DNA from: Eledone cirrhosa
Taxonomy: Eukaryota
Direction: 5' to 3'
Assembly (NCBI GenBank): GCA_964016885.1
Contig: OZ024753.1
Location: 10,044,001-10,108,000, forward strand
DNA length: 64,000 bases
Position 1 is the stretch's first letter, and each line of letters begins with the position of its first letter. Below are positions 10,105 through 22,133 of this stretch, piece after piece. The notes beneath the pieces were generated by a model that had not been told where the DNA came from, did no database searches, and saw only the letters and a list, made by a program, of their open reading frames with translations. Made by a program: the position numbers and the translations under genes.

Positions 10105-12180
10105 AAAACTGGAGCCAAGCATCAGTCCTTGATAAATAGAAGCCTTAAAAACTGGAGCCAAGCACCAGATTTTGGTAAATAGAAGCCTTAAAACTGGAGC
10201 CAGGCACCTGTCCTTGGTAAATAGAAGCCTTAAAACTGGAGCCAAGCACCTGTCCTTGGTAAATAGAAGCCTTAAAACTGGAGCCAAGCACCTGTCCTTG
10301 GTAAATAGAAGCCTTAAAACTGGAGCCAAGCACCTGTCCTTGGTAAATAGAAGCCTTAAAAACTGGAGCCAGGCACCTGTCCTTGGTAAATAGAAGCCTT
10401 AAAAACTGGAGCCAGGCACCTGTCCTTGGTAAATAGAAGCCTTAAAACTGGAGCCAAGCACCTGTCCTTGGTAAATAGAAGCCTTAAAACTGGAGCCAAG
10501 CACCTGTCCTTGGTAAATAGAAGCCTTAAAAACTGGAGCCAGGCACCTGTCCTTGGTAAATAGAAGCCTTAAAAACTGGAGCCAGGCACCTGTCCTTGGT
10601 AAATAGAAGCCTTAAAACTGGAGCCAAGCACCTGTCCTTGGTAAATAGAAGCCTTAAAACTGGAGCCAAGCACCTGTCCTTGGTAAATAGAAGCCTTAAA
10701 AACTGGAGCCAGGCACCTGTCCTTGGTAAATAGAAGCCTTAAAAACTGGAGCCAGGCACCTGTCCTTGGTAAATAGAAGCCTTAAAACTGGAGCCAAGCA
10801 CCTGTCCTTGGTAAATAGAAGCCTTAAAAACTGGAGCCAGGCACCTGTCCTTGGTAAATAGAAGCCTTAAAAACGAGCCAAGCACCTGTCCTTGGTAAAT
10901 AGAAGCCTTAAAAACTGGAGCCAGGCACCTGTCCTTGGTAAATAGAAGCCTTAAAACTGGAGCCAGGCACCTGTCCTTGGTAAATAGAAGCCTTAAAACT
11001 GGAGCCAGGCACCTGTCCTTGGTAAATAGAAGCCTTAAAACTGGAGCCAAGCACCTGTCCTTGGTAAATAGAAGCCTTAAAACTGGAGCCAAGCACCTGT
11101 CCTTGGTAAATAGAAGCCTTAAAACTGGAGCCAGGCACCTGTCCTTGGTAAATAGAAGCCTTAAAACTGGAGCCAGGCACCTGTCCTTGGTAAATAGAAG
11201 CCTTAAAAACTGGAGCCAAGCACCTGTCCTTGGTAAATAGAAGCCTTAAAACTGGAGCCAGGCACCTGTCCTTGGTAAATAGAAGCCTTAAAACTGGAGC
11301 CAGGCACCTGTCCTTGGTAAATAGAAGCCTTAAAACTGGAGCCAAGCACCTGTCCTTGGTAAATAGAAGCCTTAAAACTGGAGCCAGGCACCTGTCCTTG
11401 GTAAATAGAAGCCTTAAAACTGGAGCCAGGCACCTGTCCTTGGTAAATAGAAGCCTTAAAACTGGAGCCAGGCACCTGTCCTTGGTAAATAGAAGCCTTA
11501 AAACTGGAGCCAGGCACCTGTCCTTGGTAAATAGAAGCCTTAAAAACTGGAGCCAAGCACCTGTCCTTGGTAAATAGAAGCCTTAAAACTGGAGCCAAGC
11601 ACCTGTCCTTGGTAAATAGAAGCCTTAAAAACTGGAGCCAGGCACCTGTCCTTGGTAAATAGAAGCCTTAAAAACTGGAGCCAGGCACCTGTCCTTGGTA
11701 AATAGAAGCCTTAAAACTGGAGCCAAGCACCTGTCCTTGGTAAATAGAAGCCTTAAAAACTGGAGCCAGGCACCTGTCCTTGGTAAATAGAAGCCTTAAA
11801 ACTGGAGCCAAGCACCTGTCCTTGGTAAATAGAAGCCTTAAAAACTGGAGCCAAGCACCTGTCCTTGGTAAATAGAAGCCTTAAAAACTGGAGCCAAGCA
11901 CCTGTCCTTGGTAAATAGAAGCCTTAAAAACTGGAGCCAGGCACCTGTCCTTGGTAAATAGAAGCCTTAAAACTGGAGCCAAGCACCTGTCCTTGGTAAA
12001 TAGAAGCCTTAAAAACTGGAGCCAGGCACCTGTCCTTGGTAAATAGAAGCCTTAAAACTGGAGCCAAGCACCTGTCCTTGGTAAATAGAAGCCTTAAAAA
12101 CTGGAGCCAGGCACCTGTCCTTGGTAAATAGAAGCCTTTAAAACTGGAGCCAGGCACCTGTCCTTGGTAAATAGAAGCCA
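10105..12180. repeat. 42/43-bp tandem satellite, about 49 copies
   Basis: Unit AAAACTGGAGCCA(G/A)GCACCTGTCCTTGGTAAATAGAAGCCTT. Confidence 0.97.
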
Positions 12181-13244
12181 AGGTATATTGAGCTGAGATA
12201 AGCACAATTGAATTGTGAAATGCTTTGTTTATGTTAGTGGCTTCTGCTTTATGTTAGATGTTTAACTCATTGACGCCAGATATCATAACAATAATTGTAT
12301 GATGTTAAAATAGCAAGTTATGTCATACATACACTGTTGTGGTTTAACTCTCTAAAGAGGTTACAGGAAATACCTCGTCATTCTATGTACTCCTTGGACA
12401 CTCACACAATGTGCTGTTCTATTGTTACACCCCACCCCAATATCTCATATGCCATGTCCTCTGTGGATATACCCCACAATGTGCTGGACTGAGACATCTG
12501 TACTTAAATACCTGGACTGATATCTGTGGTTAAATACTTCAGTATATATTATGGAGATCTCTCAGGGAGCATGGGGCTAAAGTAGACCCCTCAACAGTTA
12601 CCTGGCCTAGAAGTAGGCCCCCAACAGGCCTTGCAACCTGGCCTGGGAGCAGGCCCACAATAGGGCTTGAGGCTAACAATCTTATTTCTATTTATCGAAA
12701 CTACTGTAGTAGTTGTGTAGTTGCCACAAAATGTGCCCAGCCTACACTGTAAAGAGTTTGTGTTGCTGACATGATTAAAAAAAAAATAAGAACACACTGT
12801 AAATGAGGTTGGCAAGAGGAAGGGCATCCAGCCATAGAAACCATTCTAAAATCAGTTCTGTATGAGCAAGACAATCATCTGATTTGGCTTGTCTCACAAC
12901 AGGGACAACTCGTCTAACCCATGCTAGGGTAGAAAAATTAATGTTAAAAGGGGTTGATGGTGAAGAAATACCAGTTAACTACACCCAATCCTTCTAAAAG
13001 TTTGATGCCCATCCTAGTAAGAAATCTTAGTTGGTTATTTATTATTTACTAAGTGATTTCACTGTGTAACTAAGCTCTGTTTTAAGTGCCATGGATGTGT
13101 GCGTGTGGGGTGGGGGTATTGTGTTGATTTTATGTGAAGAGCGATCTGGTGATGGGTGACAAGTCATAGTCATCTGACCCCCCCTGTCCCACATATTGTC
13201 ACTTACCCATAACATCCTTCCTCACATCCTCATATTCTCCCCTC

Positions 13245-13472
13245 TTAACCCTTTAGCATTTACATTACTCTATATTTGCTATTATATTTTCATGGTAGAG
13301 GTTTTACCTCGAGTAATTATCTCACATAATATCGAATCTATGATATTTTGATATTATTTATTTTGAGAGCAATACCTTAACATAAGTATAAGTAGCTGGT
13401 TATGGCTGGTTTGAACAAAAAGAGGTGAGAGGATTATAGTGGATATGGCCGGTTTAAATGCTAAAGTGTTAA
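13245..13472. mobile_element. piggyBac-type MITE of about 225 bp (reference copy)
   Basis: TTAA-CCCTTTAGCATTTA ... TAAATGCTAAAG(G/T)G-TTAA; TTAA target duplication and CCCT termini. Confidence 0.85.
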
Positions 13473-14361
13473 ACACTGCTCACTTGGGATAAGTCACTCA
13501 CTCCTATAGATTAGAGAGGGCTCTTCAGTCAAGTCAATGATGATGAGCTTCCTAGGCCTAGTTTGCTAATAAAAACGCATCCAGTAAACACTGTCAAGTG
13601 GCTGGTGATAGGAAGGGCATCCAGCCACAGAAAACTTGCCAAAGAAAACAAAAAAACGAAGCAAGGGTCGAGGAGACTCTTTAGTTGTCTCAAAGTCATG
13701 ACAATCTCCCTAATGTTGATGCCTTTATTAAAATACACCCAGTAGAGTGTGGGAACATATGTAAGCGAGATGCAGACTCCCAGCTTGTCTGAGAGGTCAG
13801 TGAATCTGACTTTGTCTTTGATGACCTGTCCGAGCCCTTCATAGCAGGAGAAAAACTAACAATGAACATGATGTGGATATTTTATGAGCCGGTAGTTGCT
13901 CTGATTAAATGTATTTAGAAAGGCCACAAGTTGAGGAAAACAACTTAAATAATGTCTATCCTTATCATCTCTGTGTTATCAATGTTTCTATTGGTTTAGA
14001 TTGGCTGAAGTCAGGCAGATCAGGTGATCTTGTCTTGCTCATATGTTCTCATATTGGCTTGGTTTTCTATGGTTGTATGTCATTACAGGGTAAACTGGGT
14101 GTTTTTTGTCATGGCATTAATATGATCTTCTTACAGGTTGGACGAGGTGTTTTTTGTCATGGGAATAACATGATCCTCTTACAGGGAGGGTTGTTTTCAA
14201 AATAAATAACATCAAAATTTTGTAGATTCGATACTACTATGTGAGATAATTATGTAACATAAAGCTTTTACTCTGAAAATACAATAGTAAATATAGAGTA
14301 ATGTAAATGCTAAAGGGTTAATAATAAAGAATAAATAATAAAGAAATCATTATTATTATTA

Positions 14362-15070
14362 TTAACCCTTTAGCATTTACATTACTCTATATTTACTATT
14401 GTATTTTCAGAGTAAAAGCTTTATGTTACATAATTATCTCACATAGTATCGAATCTATGAAATTTTGATGCTATTTATTTTGAAAACTATAGCTTAGTGT
14501 TGGTATGTGCAGCCAGTTACAGCTGGTTTGAATAGAAAGAGGTGAGAAAGTTCTGGCCGGATACAGCCGGTTTAAATAGAAAGAGGTGAGAGAGTTCTGG
14601 CTGGATACAGCCGGTCTGAACAGAAAGAGGTGAGAGAGTTCTGGCTGGATACAGCCGGTTTAAATAGAAAGAGGTGAGAGAGTTCTGGCTGGATACAGCC
14701 GGTCTGAACAGAAAGAGGTGAGAGAGTTCTGGCTGGACACAGCCGGTCTGAACAGAAAGAGGTGAGAGAGTTCTGGCTGGACACAGCCGGTCTGAACAGA
14801 AAGAGGTGAGAAAGTTCTGGCCGGATACAGCCGGTCTGAACAGAAAGAGGTGAGAGAGTTCTGGCTGGACACAGCCGGTCTGAACAGAAAGAGGTGAGAA
14901 AGTTCTGGCCGGATACAGCCGGTCTGAACAGAAAGAGGTGAGAGAGTTCTGGCTGGACACAGCCGGTCTGAACAGAAAGAGGTGAGAAAGTTCTGGCCGG
15001 ATACAGCCGGTCTGAACAGAAAGAGGTGAGAGAGTTCTGGCTGGACACAGCCGGTTTAAATGCTAAAAGG
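14362..15070. mobile_element. Same MITE with its right-hand 44-bp segment amplified about 12 times (14520-15058)
   Basis: Left TIR at 14362; unit CAGCCGGTCTGAACAGAAAGAGGTGAGAGAGTTCTGGCTGGATA; degenerate right TIR near 15057-15070. Confidence 0.88.
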
Positions 15071-15648
15071 ATTGGCAATATCGGTAGAGGGTCAGGCACC
15101 ATGCTTCACTGCATATAGTTACGGCCTTTTATGTTCAGAATTCAAATCCCGCCAAGGTGAGCTTTGCCTTTCATCCTTATGGGGTCAATAAAATAAAGTA
15201 CCAGTAATACACTGGGGTAATTTCTGGCCTTGTGCCAAAAGTAGAAACAATTATTATTATTATTTATGATGATGATTTCCAACTATTTCTTGTTAGTGCA
15301 TAGGTCTTCAGTATTTATTTAGGCAATTATGTTTGAAAAAAGTTCATAGCAGTACAGAATGTAACGATTGAGAATTTAATCCCAAATCAATAAAAAACAA
15401 CAGTGAATGAACTAGAGATTTTCCCAATGAAAGTAGCTGCCACTGTGGTTACCTAAGTCTTGTCTACTTACTACTGTTATTGTCTTATAGTTGTTGTGTT
15501 ACTGTCTAAACAACACAGTTGCTGGCTCAATCAATGATTTCATTGCAATCAACTAAAATTTAAAACGTTTAATGTCTGCAACAGATCTGAGACTTTTGTT
15601 CTGGGGAGATGTGTTAGTGATGTTTTCACCAAGTTATTTGTGGGGCTG

Positions 15649-15695
<47 letters not shown>

Positions 15696-15779
15696 GGAGG
15701 TATATGGTCTTTAAAGCGATGAAATACCAATGATGGTTGGAAGATCACTGATGAAGGACTAACTTTATTCATATATATA

Positions 15780-15823
<44 letters not shown>

Positions 15824-16233
15824 CATAATCGGAGAAAGCTTTAAGCGATACTCCGGCCAAATTCCAACTCACTCAACAAACATTAGGAAATACCTGAGTA
15901 TATTCCCATTTAAACGTTTGGGGTGCTAACTATATTGTATTGTGTGGATAATTGGCTGTATTATTTCATATGAGATATATCAAATATATATATATATATA
16001 TTTATTAAAGGGCTAAAAATGAGTCTTGTTACTCTGGAGTTTGCTTGTTTATCACAGGGTCATTAGACAAGAACTATTTGTGTGTATATATATGTGGGTT
16101 TTATACAGTTTTTTGTCAGGTTTATTACCTATGACCTGGGTCAGGAAAAGATGAGTGCATGAGCTTTCTGTTCCCTGCATAGGATGTGTGGATTGGGTGC
16201 CTTTTGTCATGACACAGTGACAATCACTTTACA

Positions 16234-16283
<50 letters not shown>

Positions 16284-16882
16284 ACACACATATATATCAT
16301 GACAAAAAGCATCCAGCCCACACTGTAAAGTGGTCGAGTAGTTGCCACAACAAAAAGCACCCAGTCCATGATGTAAAGTGGTCGTGTAGGTGTCACGACA
16401 AAAAGCACCCACCACATTTTGTAAATGTGGTTGGCATTAGGAAGGGCATCCAGCCATAGGAACCAAGCCAAAATTAGTTCCGTGTGAGCAAATCACGGTC
16501 CCCTGACCTGATCTCTCACAAAGGGACAGCCTGTCCTACCTATGCTAGCGTGGAAGATGGGCATTAAACAATGATGATGATGATATCATCATTGTTGTTT
16601 TAATGCCTGCTTTCCCTGCTAGAAAATATATAGTTTCTGTTTTATATTTGCATCTAGTTATTAACAAACAAACAAAAAACATTATTTGGCTGACAAAATT
16701 TAATTGTTCTTAGAAAATCAATTAGTCTTTTGATGTTACCTTAAAACATTGACTGGCAATCTAGCCAAGCAGGTCTGTGTTTTAAATAATTTATTTCGAA
16801 TAAATCATCTATAACATCTGTTCTTGAAAGCAGATAAGTTATTTGTTGCTTCAGGTCCACTGCGACTGACTTCTCTAAATGA

Positions 16883-17268
16883 TAAACCCTTTAGCATTTA
16901 ACCCGGCCGTATCTGGCCAGAATTCTTTCACCTCTTTCAGTTCAAACTGGCTGTAATCAGCTGCTCATACTGATGTTAAGGTATTATTCCCCGATATTAT
17001 GTGAGATAAAGCCGGTGGCTTGGCAGTATCGGTAGAGGGTCGGACGCCATGCTTTGCAGCATAGTTACGTCCCTTTACGATCTGAGTTCAAATCCCGCCG
17101 AAGTTGACTTTGCCTTTCATCCTTACGGGGTCGATAAAATAAAGTACCAGTAATGCACTGGGTAATTGCTGGCCTTGTGCCTAAAAGTAGAAACAATTAT
17201 GTGAGATAAAGCCTTTACCATGAACATACAAAAGTAAATATAGAGTAATGTAAATACTAAAGGGTTAA
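16883..17268. mobile_element. piggyBac-type MITE interrupted by a SINE
   Basis: Both TIRs present; SINE inserted at 17014-17195. Confidence 0.85.
17014..17195 (+). mobile_element. tRNA-derived SINE family 2 with an 18-bp target-site duplication
   Basis: TGGCAGTATCGG A box, GAGTTCAAATCC B box, CTTTGCCTTTCATCCTTACGGGGTCGATAAAATAAAGTACCAG body; TSD ATTATGTGAGATAAAGCC at 16996-17013 and 17196-17213. Confidence 0.9.
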
Positions 17269-17549
17269 ACCGGCCATATCTGGCCAGCATTCTCGCATCT
17301 TTCTGTTGAAATCAGCCATAACTGGCCACTCATATTGATGTTAAGGTATTGTTCCCAAAATAAGCATAAAATCTCATAGATTCGATATAATGAGATAATT
17401 TATGTGAGGTAAGCCTTTACTGTGAAAATATAATACTAAATATAATAGTACATATTGAGTAATGTAAATGCTATAGTCTCATTTTTTGAAATATATATTT
17501 TAATTATTTGATATATGTTACAATATTCCATCACCTGGGGGTCATGGCA

Positions 17550-17776
17550 TTAACCCATTAGCATTTACATTACTCTATATATACTATTATATTTCCATGT
17601 TAAAATCTTTACTTCACATAATTATCTCACATAACATGGAATCTGAGATTTTGATGTTATTTATTTTGAGAACAATACTTTAACATCAATATGAGTGTCT
17701 GATTCCAGCCAGTTTGAATAGAAAGAGATGAGAGAATTCTGGCTGGATATGGCCAGTTTAATAGCTAAAGGGTTAA
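17550..17776. mobile_element. piggyBac-type MITE copy
   Basis: TTAA-flanked with both TIRs. Confidence 0.85.
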
Positions 17777-18289
17777 AACACCCCAGAAAACGTTTTATGA
17801 AGCCACATAAGCCTACATTGTTGTGAGCTGTAAATTTACTTCATTTTTCCCTCTGTGAACGCTTCATTTGGTTGTTGTTGTTTGTGCAGAAGCATACCTC
17901 AGACTACACGATCCGATGTGTCTTTTTTGGGGATGAGTTTAGTAGGGTGATATTTGTTGTTGTTACAATTCATATCTGCATATGTTTCACTGGCTTTCTT
18001 ATGAGATGCAATCTCATAGGAGGTTTTCTTGGGTGTTTTAATGATAGAGACCCCTGTCCTACCACATCACCATTTTTTCTGGTGACAGTAGGTGGGATGT
18101 CAATTCAGAATGTACAGAGCTTGGGCAGATACCACTTGTCTAATGCTCTAAGAATTTCCCCAGTCTTCCATCCTTAGACTAGTACTTTATTTAACAATCC
18201 TGAAAGAATGAAAGGCCAGGCTTGAGTTGGGGTGGGGGAAACCCATTGCATTACTCTATATATACTTTTGTATTTTTGTGGTAAAGGCT

Positions 18290-18968
18290 CTATTGCGAAT
18301 CAGCGTTTCCCTGAGGCTTGGCCTCCGGATCTGCCAGCCACACCAATGTTGCTGTGGTTCCACCGTGGACTCTTTTGGCCTCCACCCGCTTTCCTGTCGC
18401 CACAGTGCCGGCCGCATTCCACGCCATGCTGCCCTCAATGGGGTCATTAAGCATGGCTTGGACGCTGCAGGCTTCCCTTCCCAGCTCGAGCCGGTGGGGC
18501 TGGATCAAGGGGACGGCAAAAGACCAGATGGCATGACCATCTTCCCCTTCCGCGGTGGCAAACCCCTCGTCTGGGATGCCACTTGCACCGACACTTTCTG
18601 CAGCCGCAACTTGGTGCAGTCTGCGACTGACCCAGGTTCTGCTGCACGTCGGGCTGAGAGGGCCACACTCCTAAAATATCGGTCGCTCTCCGACAGGTTT
18701 GCGGTCGTTCCCCTGGCAGTGGAGACTTCTGGTGCCCTCGGCCCCAGGGCTACCTCCATACTCACCACCATAGGCGCTGAGCTGGCCAGCCGCAGGTGTG
18801 AGCCCCACGAGTTGGAGTGGCTTTTCCAGCGCGTCTCCCTTGCCGTCCCCCGGGGAAACGCCTTCTCCATTCTGTCCGCCGGGGCTGTGGGTGGGCCCCA
18901 TCGCGTACCAATACATTAGTTAAATACCATTCTTTCATCTGATATATCAACTATTAATTAAATTCTCT
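18290..18968 (+). mobile_element. 3' fragment of a CRE-like non-LTR retrotransposon (zinc knuckle plus restriction-like endonuclease), inserted in a MITE
   Basis: LRLGL, Cys/His knuckle (CCC...H...C), RH, KRPDG, VWDAT, PLAVETSG, RGNA motifs; GC-rich island; stop at 18919; MITE sequence on both sides. Confidence 0.82.
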
Positions 18969-19072
18969 TTAACATAATTATCTCACATAATATTGGATCT
19001 ATGAGATTTTGATATTATTTATTTTGAGAACAGTACTTAAATCATCTACGTCATCAAGTACAGTGAGATTAC

Positions 19073-19115
19073 ACTTTGCTGAGGAGGTCTAATAAGACTA
19101 AGATATATCCAAAGT
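19073..19115 (+). ncRNA. Decayed minimal hammerhead motif
   Basis: ACTTTG-CTGAGGA-GGTCT AATA AGACT-AAGA (GAAA expected)-TATA-TC-CAAAGT; 6-bp stem I is perfect. Confidence 0.5.
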
Positions 19116-19471
19116 TGTCTCTCATAATTACCAAAATGATTGATGCAATATTAGGCATTGAAATATAGTATCTTATCATCTCTGCATAAGTATTTCTAAT
19201 TAGACTTTTTGATGCTTGTTACATCAACACTTTGGCATTTACGTTACTCTCTATTTACTATTGTATGTGTGTGGTAAAGGCTTTACATTACATAATATCG
19301 AATCTTTGAGATTTTTATATTATTTATTTTGAGAACAATACCTTAATATAAGTATGAGCAGCCAGTTATGGCTGGTTTGAACAGAAAGTGGTGTGAGAAT
19401 TCTGGGTGAATTTGGCCAGTTTAAATGTTATAGAGTTAAATGTTAACACAATTTTAACAATAATATTCACA

Positions 19472-19883
19472 TTAAAACCGGCCATATCTGGGCAGAATTC
19501 TCTCACCTCTTTCTGTTCAAACCAGCTGTAACTGGCTGCTCATATCTACCTTAAAGTATTGTTCTCAAAATAAATAATATCAAAATCTTGTAGATTCAAT
19601 ATTATGTAAGATAATTATGTAAGATAAAGCCTTTACTGTGAAAATACAATAGTAAATATAGAATAATATAAGTGCTAAAGGGTTAACCCTTTAACATTTA
19701 AACTGGCCATATCCGGCTAGAATTCTCTCACCTCTTACTGTTCAAACTGGTCGTAACTGGCTGCTCAGGTATTGTTCTCAAAATAAATAATGTCAAAAAC
19801 TTGTAGATTCAATATTATGTTAGATAAAGCCTTCTATGAAAATACAATAGTAAATATAGAATAATGTAAATGCTAAAGGGTTT
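19472..19883. mobile_element. Two tandem piggyBac-type MITEs sharing one TTAA (19683-19686)
   Basis: GCTAAAGGG-TTAA-CCCTTTAACATTTA junction. Confidence 0.8.
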
Positions 19884-20517
19884 ACTTTACCTAATCTTCC
19901 ACTACAAACCCACAAGTTCCATAAGACCCATCACATTTACTGTAAACATGGAATTAATGTAGTATTTTAATATCATTATCTTGGATTGACACAGAAACAC
20001 ACACAAAGGAAATTTCAATTCCAACTGTTTCCATAGTTATTTTATTCCTTATGTACTGAACAATAAACGCTAGGTTTAGGTGGGAGAATGCCACATTTTA
20101 TATGTTCTTCAATAGCTGTTCTGTTTATCTAGCAATGTGTTTTATCGTCAATAAGGAAAACAACAGGTGTGATTCAAGCTATTACGGAGACGCTTTAGAG
20201 TAGAATTCCATGCCTATGCTGCTGTCATAAAAGAATTACTTTATTTATTTTTCGGTTTCGATTAAGTTCAATAATCTGCCAATACAGTATGTCTAGCAAC
20301 TAGTAGCAGTACATTATAAGTAGCAAGTGTTTTTAGTTATCTCTATTGAGTATGTATCAGTATTGGAATCACAATCACATATGTTAATATATTATCTATA
20401 GACATGGCTGTGTGGTTGAGTGGTTTGTTTCACAACCCTATGCTTTCAATGTTTTGTGAGTCGTGAGAAAATTTAGTAGATAGAAAATATACATAGCCAG
20501 TCGTATATGTATGTATG

Positions 20518-20562
<45 letters not shown>

Positions 20563-20704
20563 CCAAAGATTAATATTATTCGTTGATTATTCAATGAATA
20601 TAATTTTACAATAGATTAGAAGCACTCGACAGTAAAATTTTCCTGGAGTATTTAATATCATTCAAAATATTAATAAATGAAAAAATATTCTCATAATCAC
20701 AATA

Positions 20705-20771
20705 TATATTTTATTATACATATTTCAAAGGTACAATGGTGTTTAAGTACGTTTTCATCAGACAAAATATA
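20705..20771 (-). ncRNA. Type I hammerhead motif (family C, minus arm of hairpin 20676-20932)
   Basis: Reverse complement of the 20838-20904 motif with one loop change. Confidence 0.7.
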
Positions 20772-20837
20772 AGATTTGATATGCGGCATACCGCTACGGT
20801 TTTGATTACTCAATTCCAATAGTGCCACTATTGGAAT

Positions 20838-20904
20838 TATATTTTGTCTGATGAAAACGTACTTAAACACAATTGTACCTTTGAAATATGTATAATAAAA
20901 TATA
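20838..20904 (+). ncRNA. Type I hammerhead motif (family C)
   Basis: TATATTTTGT-CTGATGA-AAACGTAC...GTACCTTT-GAA-ATATGTAT-A-ATAAAATATA; 10-bp stem I and quasi-palindromic stem III. Confidence 0.72.
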
Positions 20905-21171
20905 TATTTTGATTATGAGAATATTTTTCATTTATTTGAATAATAATTATATATATATATATTCATTATTTTAAATAATTTGGCAGTATCGGTAGAGGGT
21001 TGGACGCCATGCTTTGACACATAGAGTTACGGCCCTTGCTATTCTGAGTTCAAATCCCGCCGAGGTTAGCTTTGCCTTTCATCCTTACGGGGGTCGATAA
21101 AATAAAGTACCAGTAATGCACAGGAGTATTGCTGGCCTTGTGCCAAAAGTAGAAACAATTATTTTGAATAA

Positions 21172-21207
<36 letters not shown>

Positions 21208-21287
21208 GCAAACGGAAATAACAAGACAATCGGTACAGTATATGGAAGGAATATATTAGGTTAATGCTTGAAATAGCAGGAAGAGGG

Positions 21288-21323
21288 TCTTAACGTTTCG
21301 GACACTAGTCTTTCATCAGAAGA
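21288..21323 (-). ncRNA. Minimal hammerhead motif (family B)
   Basis: Minus strand TCTT-CTGATGA-AAGACTAGTGTCC-GAAACGTT-AAGA; palindromic ACGT stem III as described for Penelope-associated minimal hammerheads. Confidence 0.65.
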
Positions 21324-21764
21324 AAGAATGAGAAATAGGAGGGAGGCACAGAGCAGGCTTTGTTTTCAAATGGCTAGCGAATTTGAAAATTAGGTAGTAA
21401 CATGTGCTTACACCGTATTTGGCTACATAGAATTAGTTTGTTAGTTGGGATTTTAAAAAAACCCTTTTGGATGGAAAAAAGGATGAGTATTGACGTACCT
21501 GTTTGTAAACAAAGCTTGCTTTGTGTCTCCCTATTTATATACATATATAAATACTTGCTATGCTCATATAGCTTCTAATTGAATGGGAGGCAGCATGGGT
21601 GGCGTGTTGGTGTAATGGTAATACATTGGTTCGGCAAACCAAAGAAGTGGATTCATGTCCTATGTACGTTAACACCCATCCTTTTTTTCCATTCAGAGGG
21701 TCTTTTAAAATCCCAACTTACAGACTAATTCTATGTAGTCAAATATGGCGTAAACACATGTATA

Positions 21765-22133
21765 TCATCATCATCATCATCACCGTTTTACGTCCGTTCT
21801 TCTACGCTAGCATGGGTTAGACGGGTTGTCCTGTTGTGGGCAGTGCCCGGTCGGCTCATACAGGAACTAATTCTGGCTTGATTTCTACAGCTGGATGCCC
21901 TTCCTAACACCAACCTCATTTACAGTGAGTGCTGGGTGCTTTTTTGCCGTGGCACCTCCACGACCACTTTGCAGTGGAATGATAGGGACCCCAGTCCTAT
22001 CAACTGAGTAAACTAGAGCAATGTGAAATAAAGTGTCTTGCTCAAGGAAACAACACATCACCCGGTCCGAGAATTGAACTCACAACCTTTCGATTGCAAG
22101 CCCAATGCTCTAACCACTAAGCCATGTGCCTCC
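21765..22133 (-). mobile_element. SINE family 1 copy
   Basis: Same head, centre and tail as 2265-2599. Confidence 0.9.

Noticed and set aside
9994-12205. Repetitive ORFs over the 42-bp array
   Set aside because: Frequent 43-bp units shift the frame; non-coding satellite
18227-18289. Start of the 230-aa ORF as a real gene N-terminus
   Set aside because: TTG start lying in SINE/MITE-derived sequence; chance in-frame fusion to a truncated retroelement
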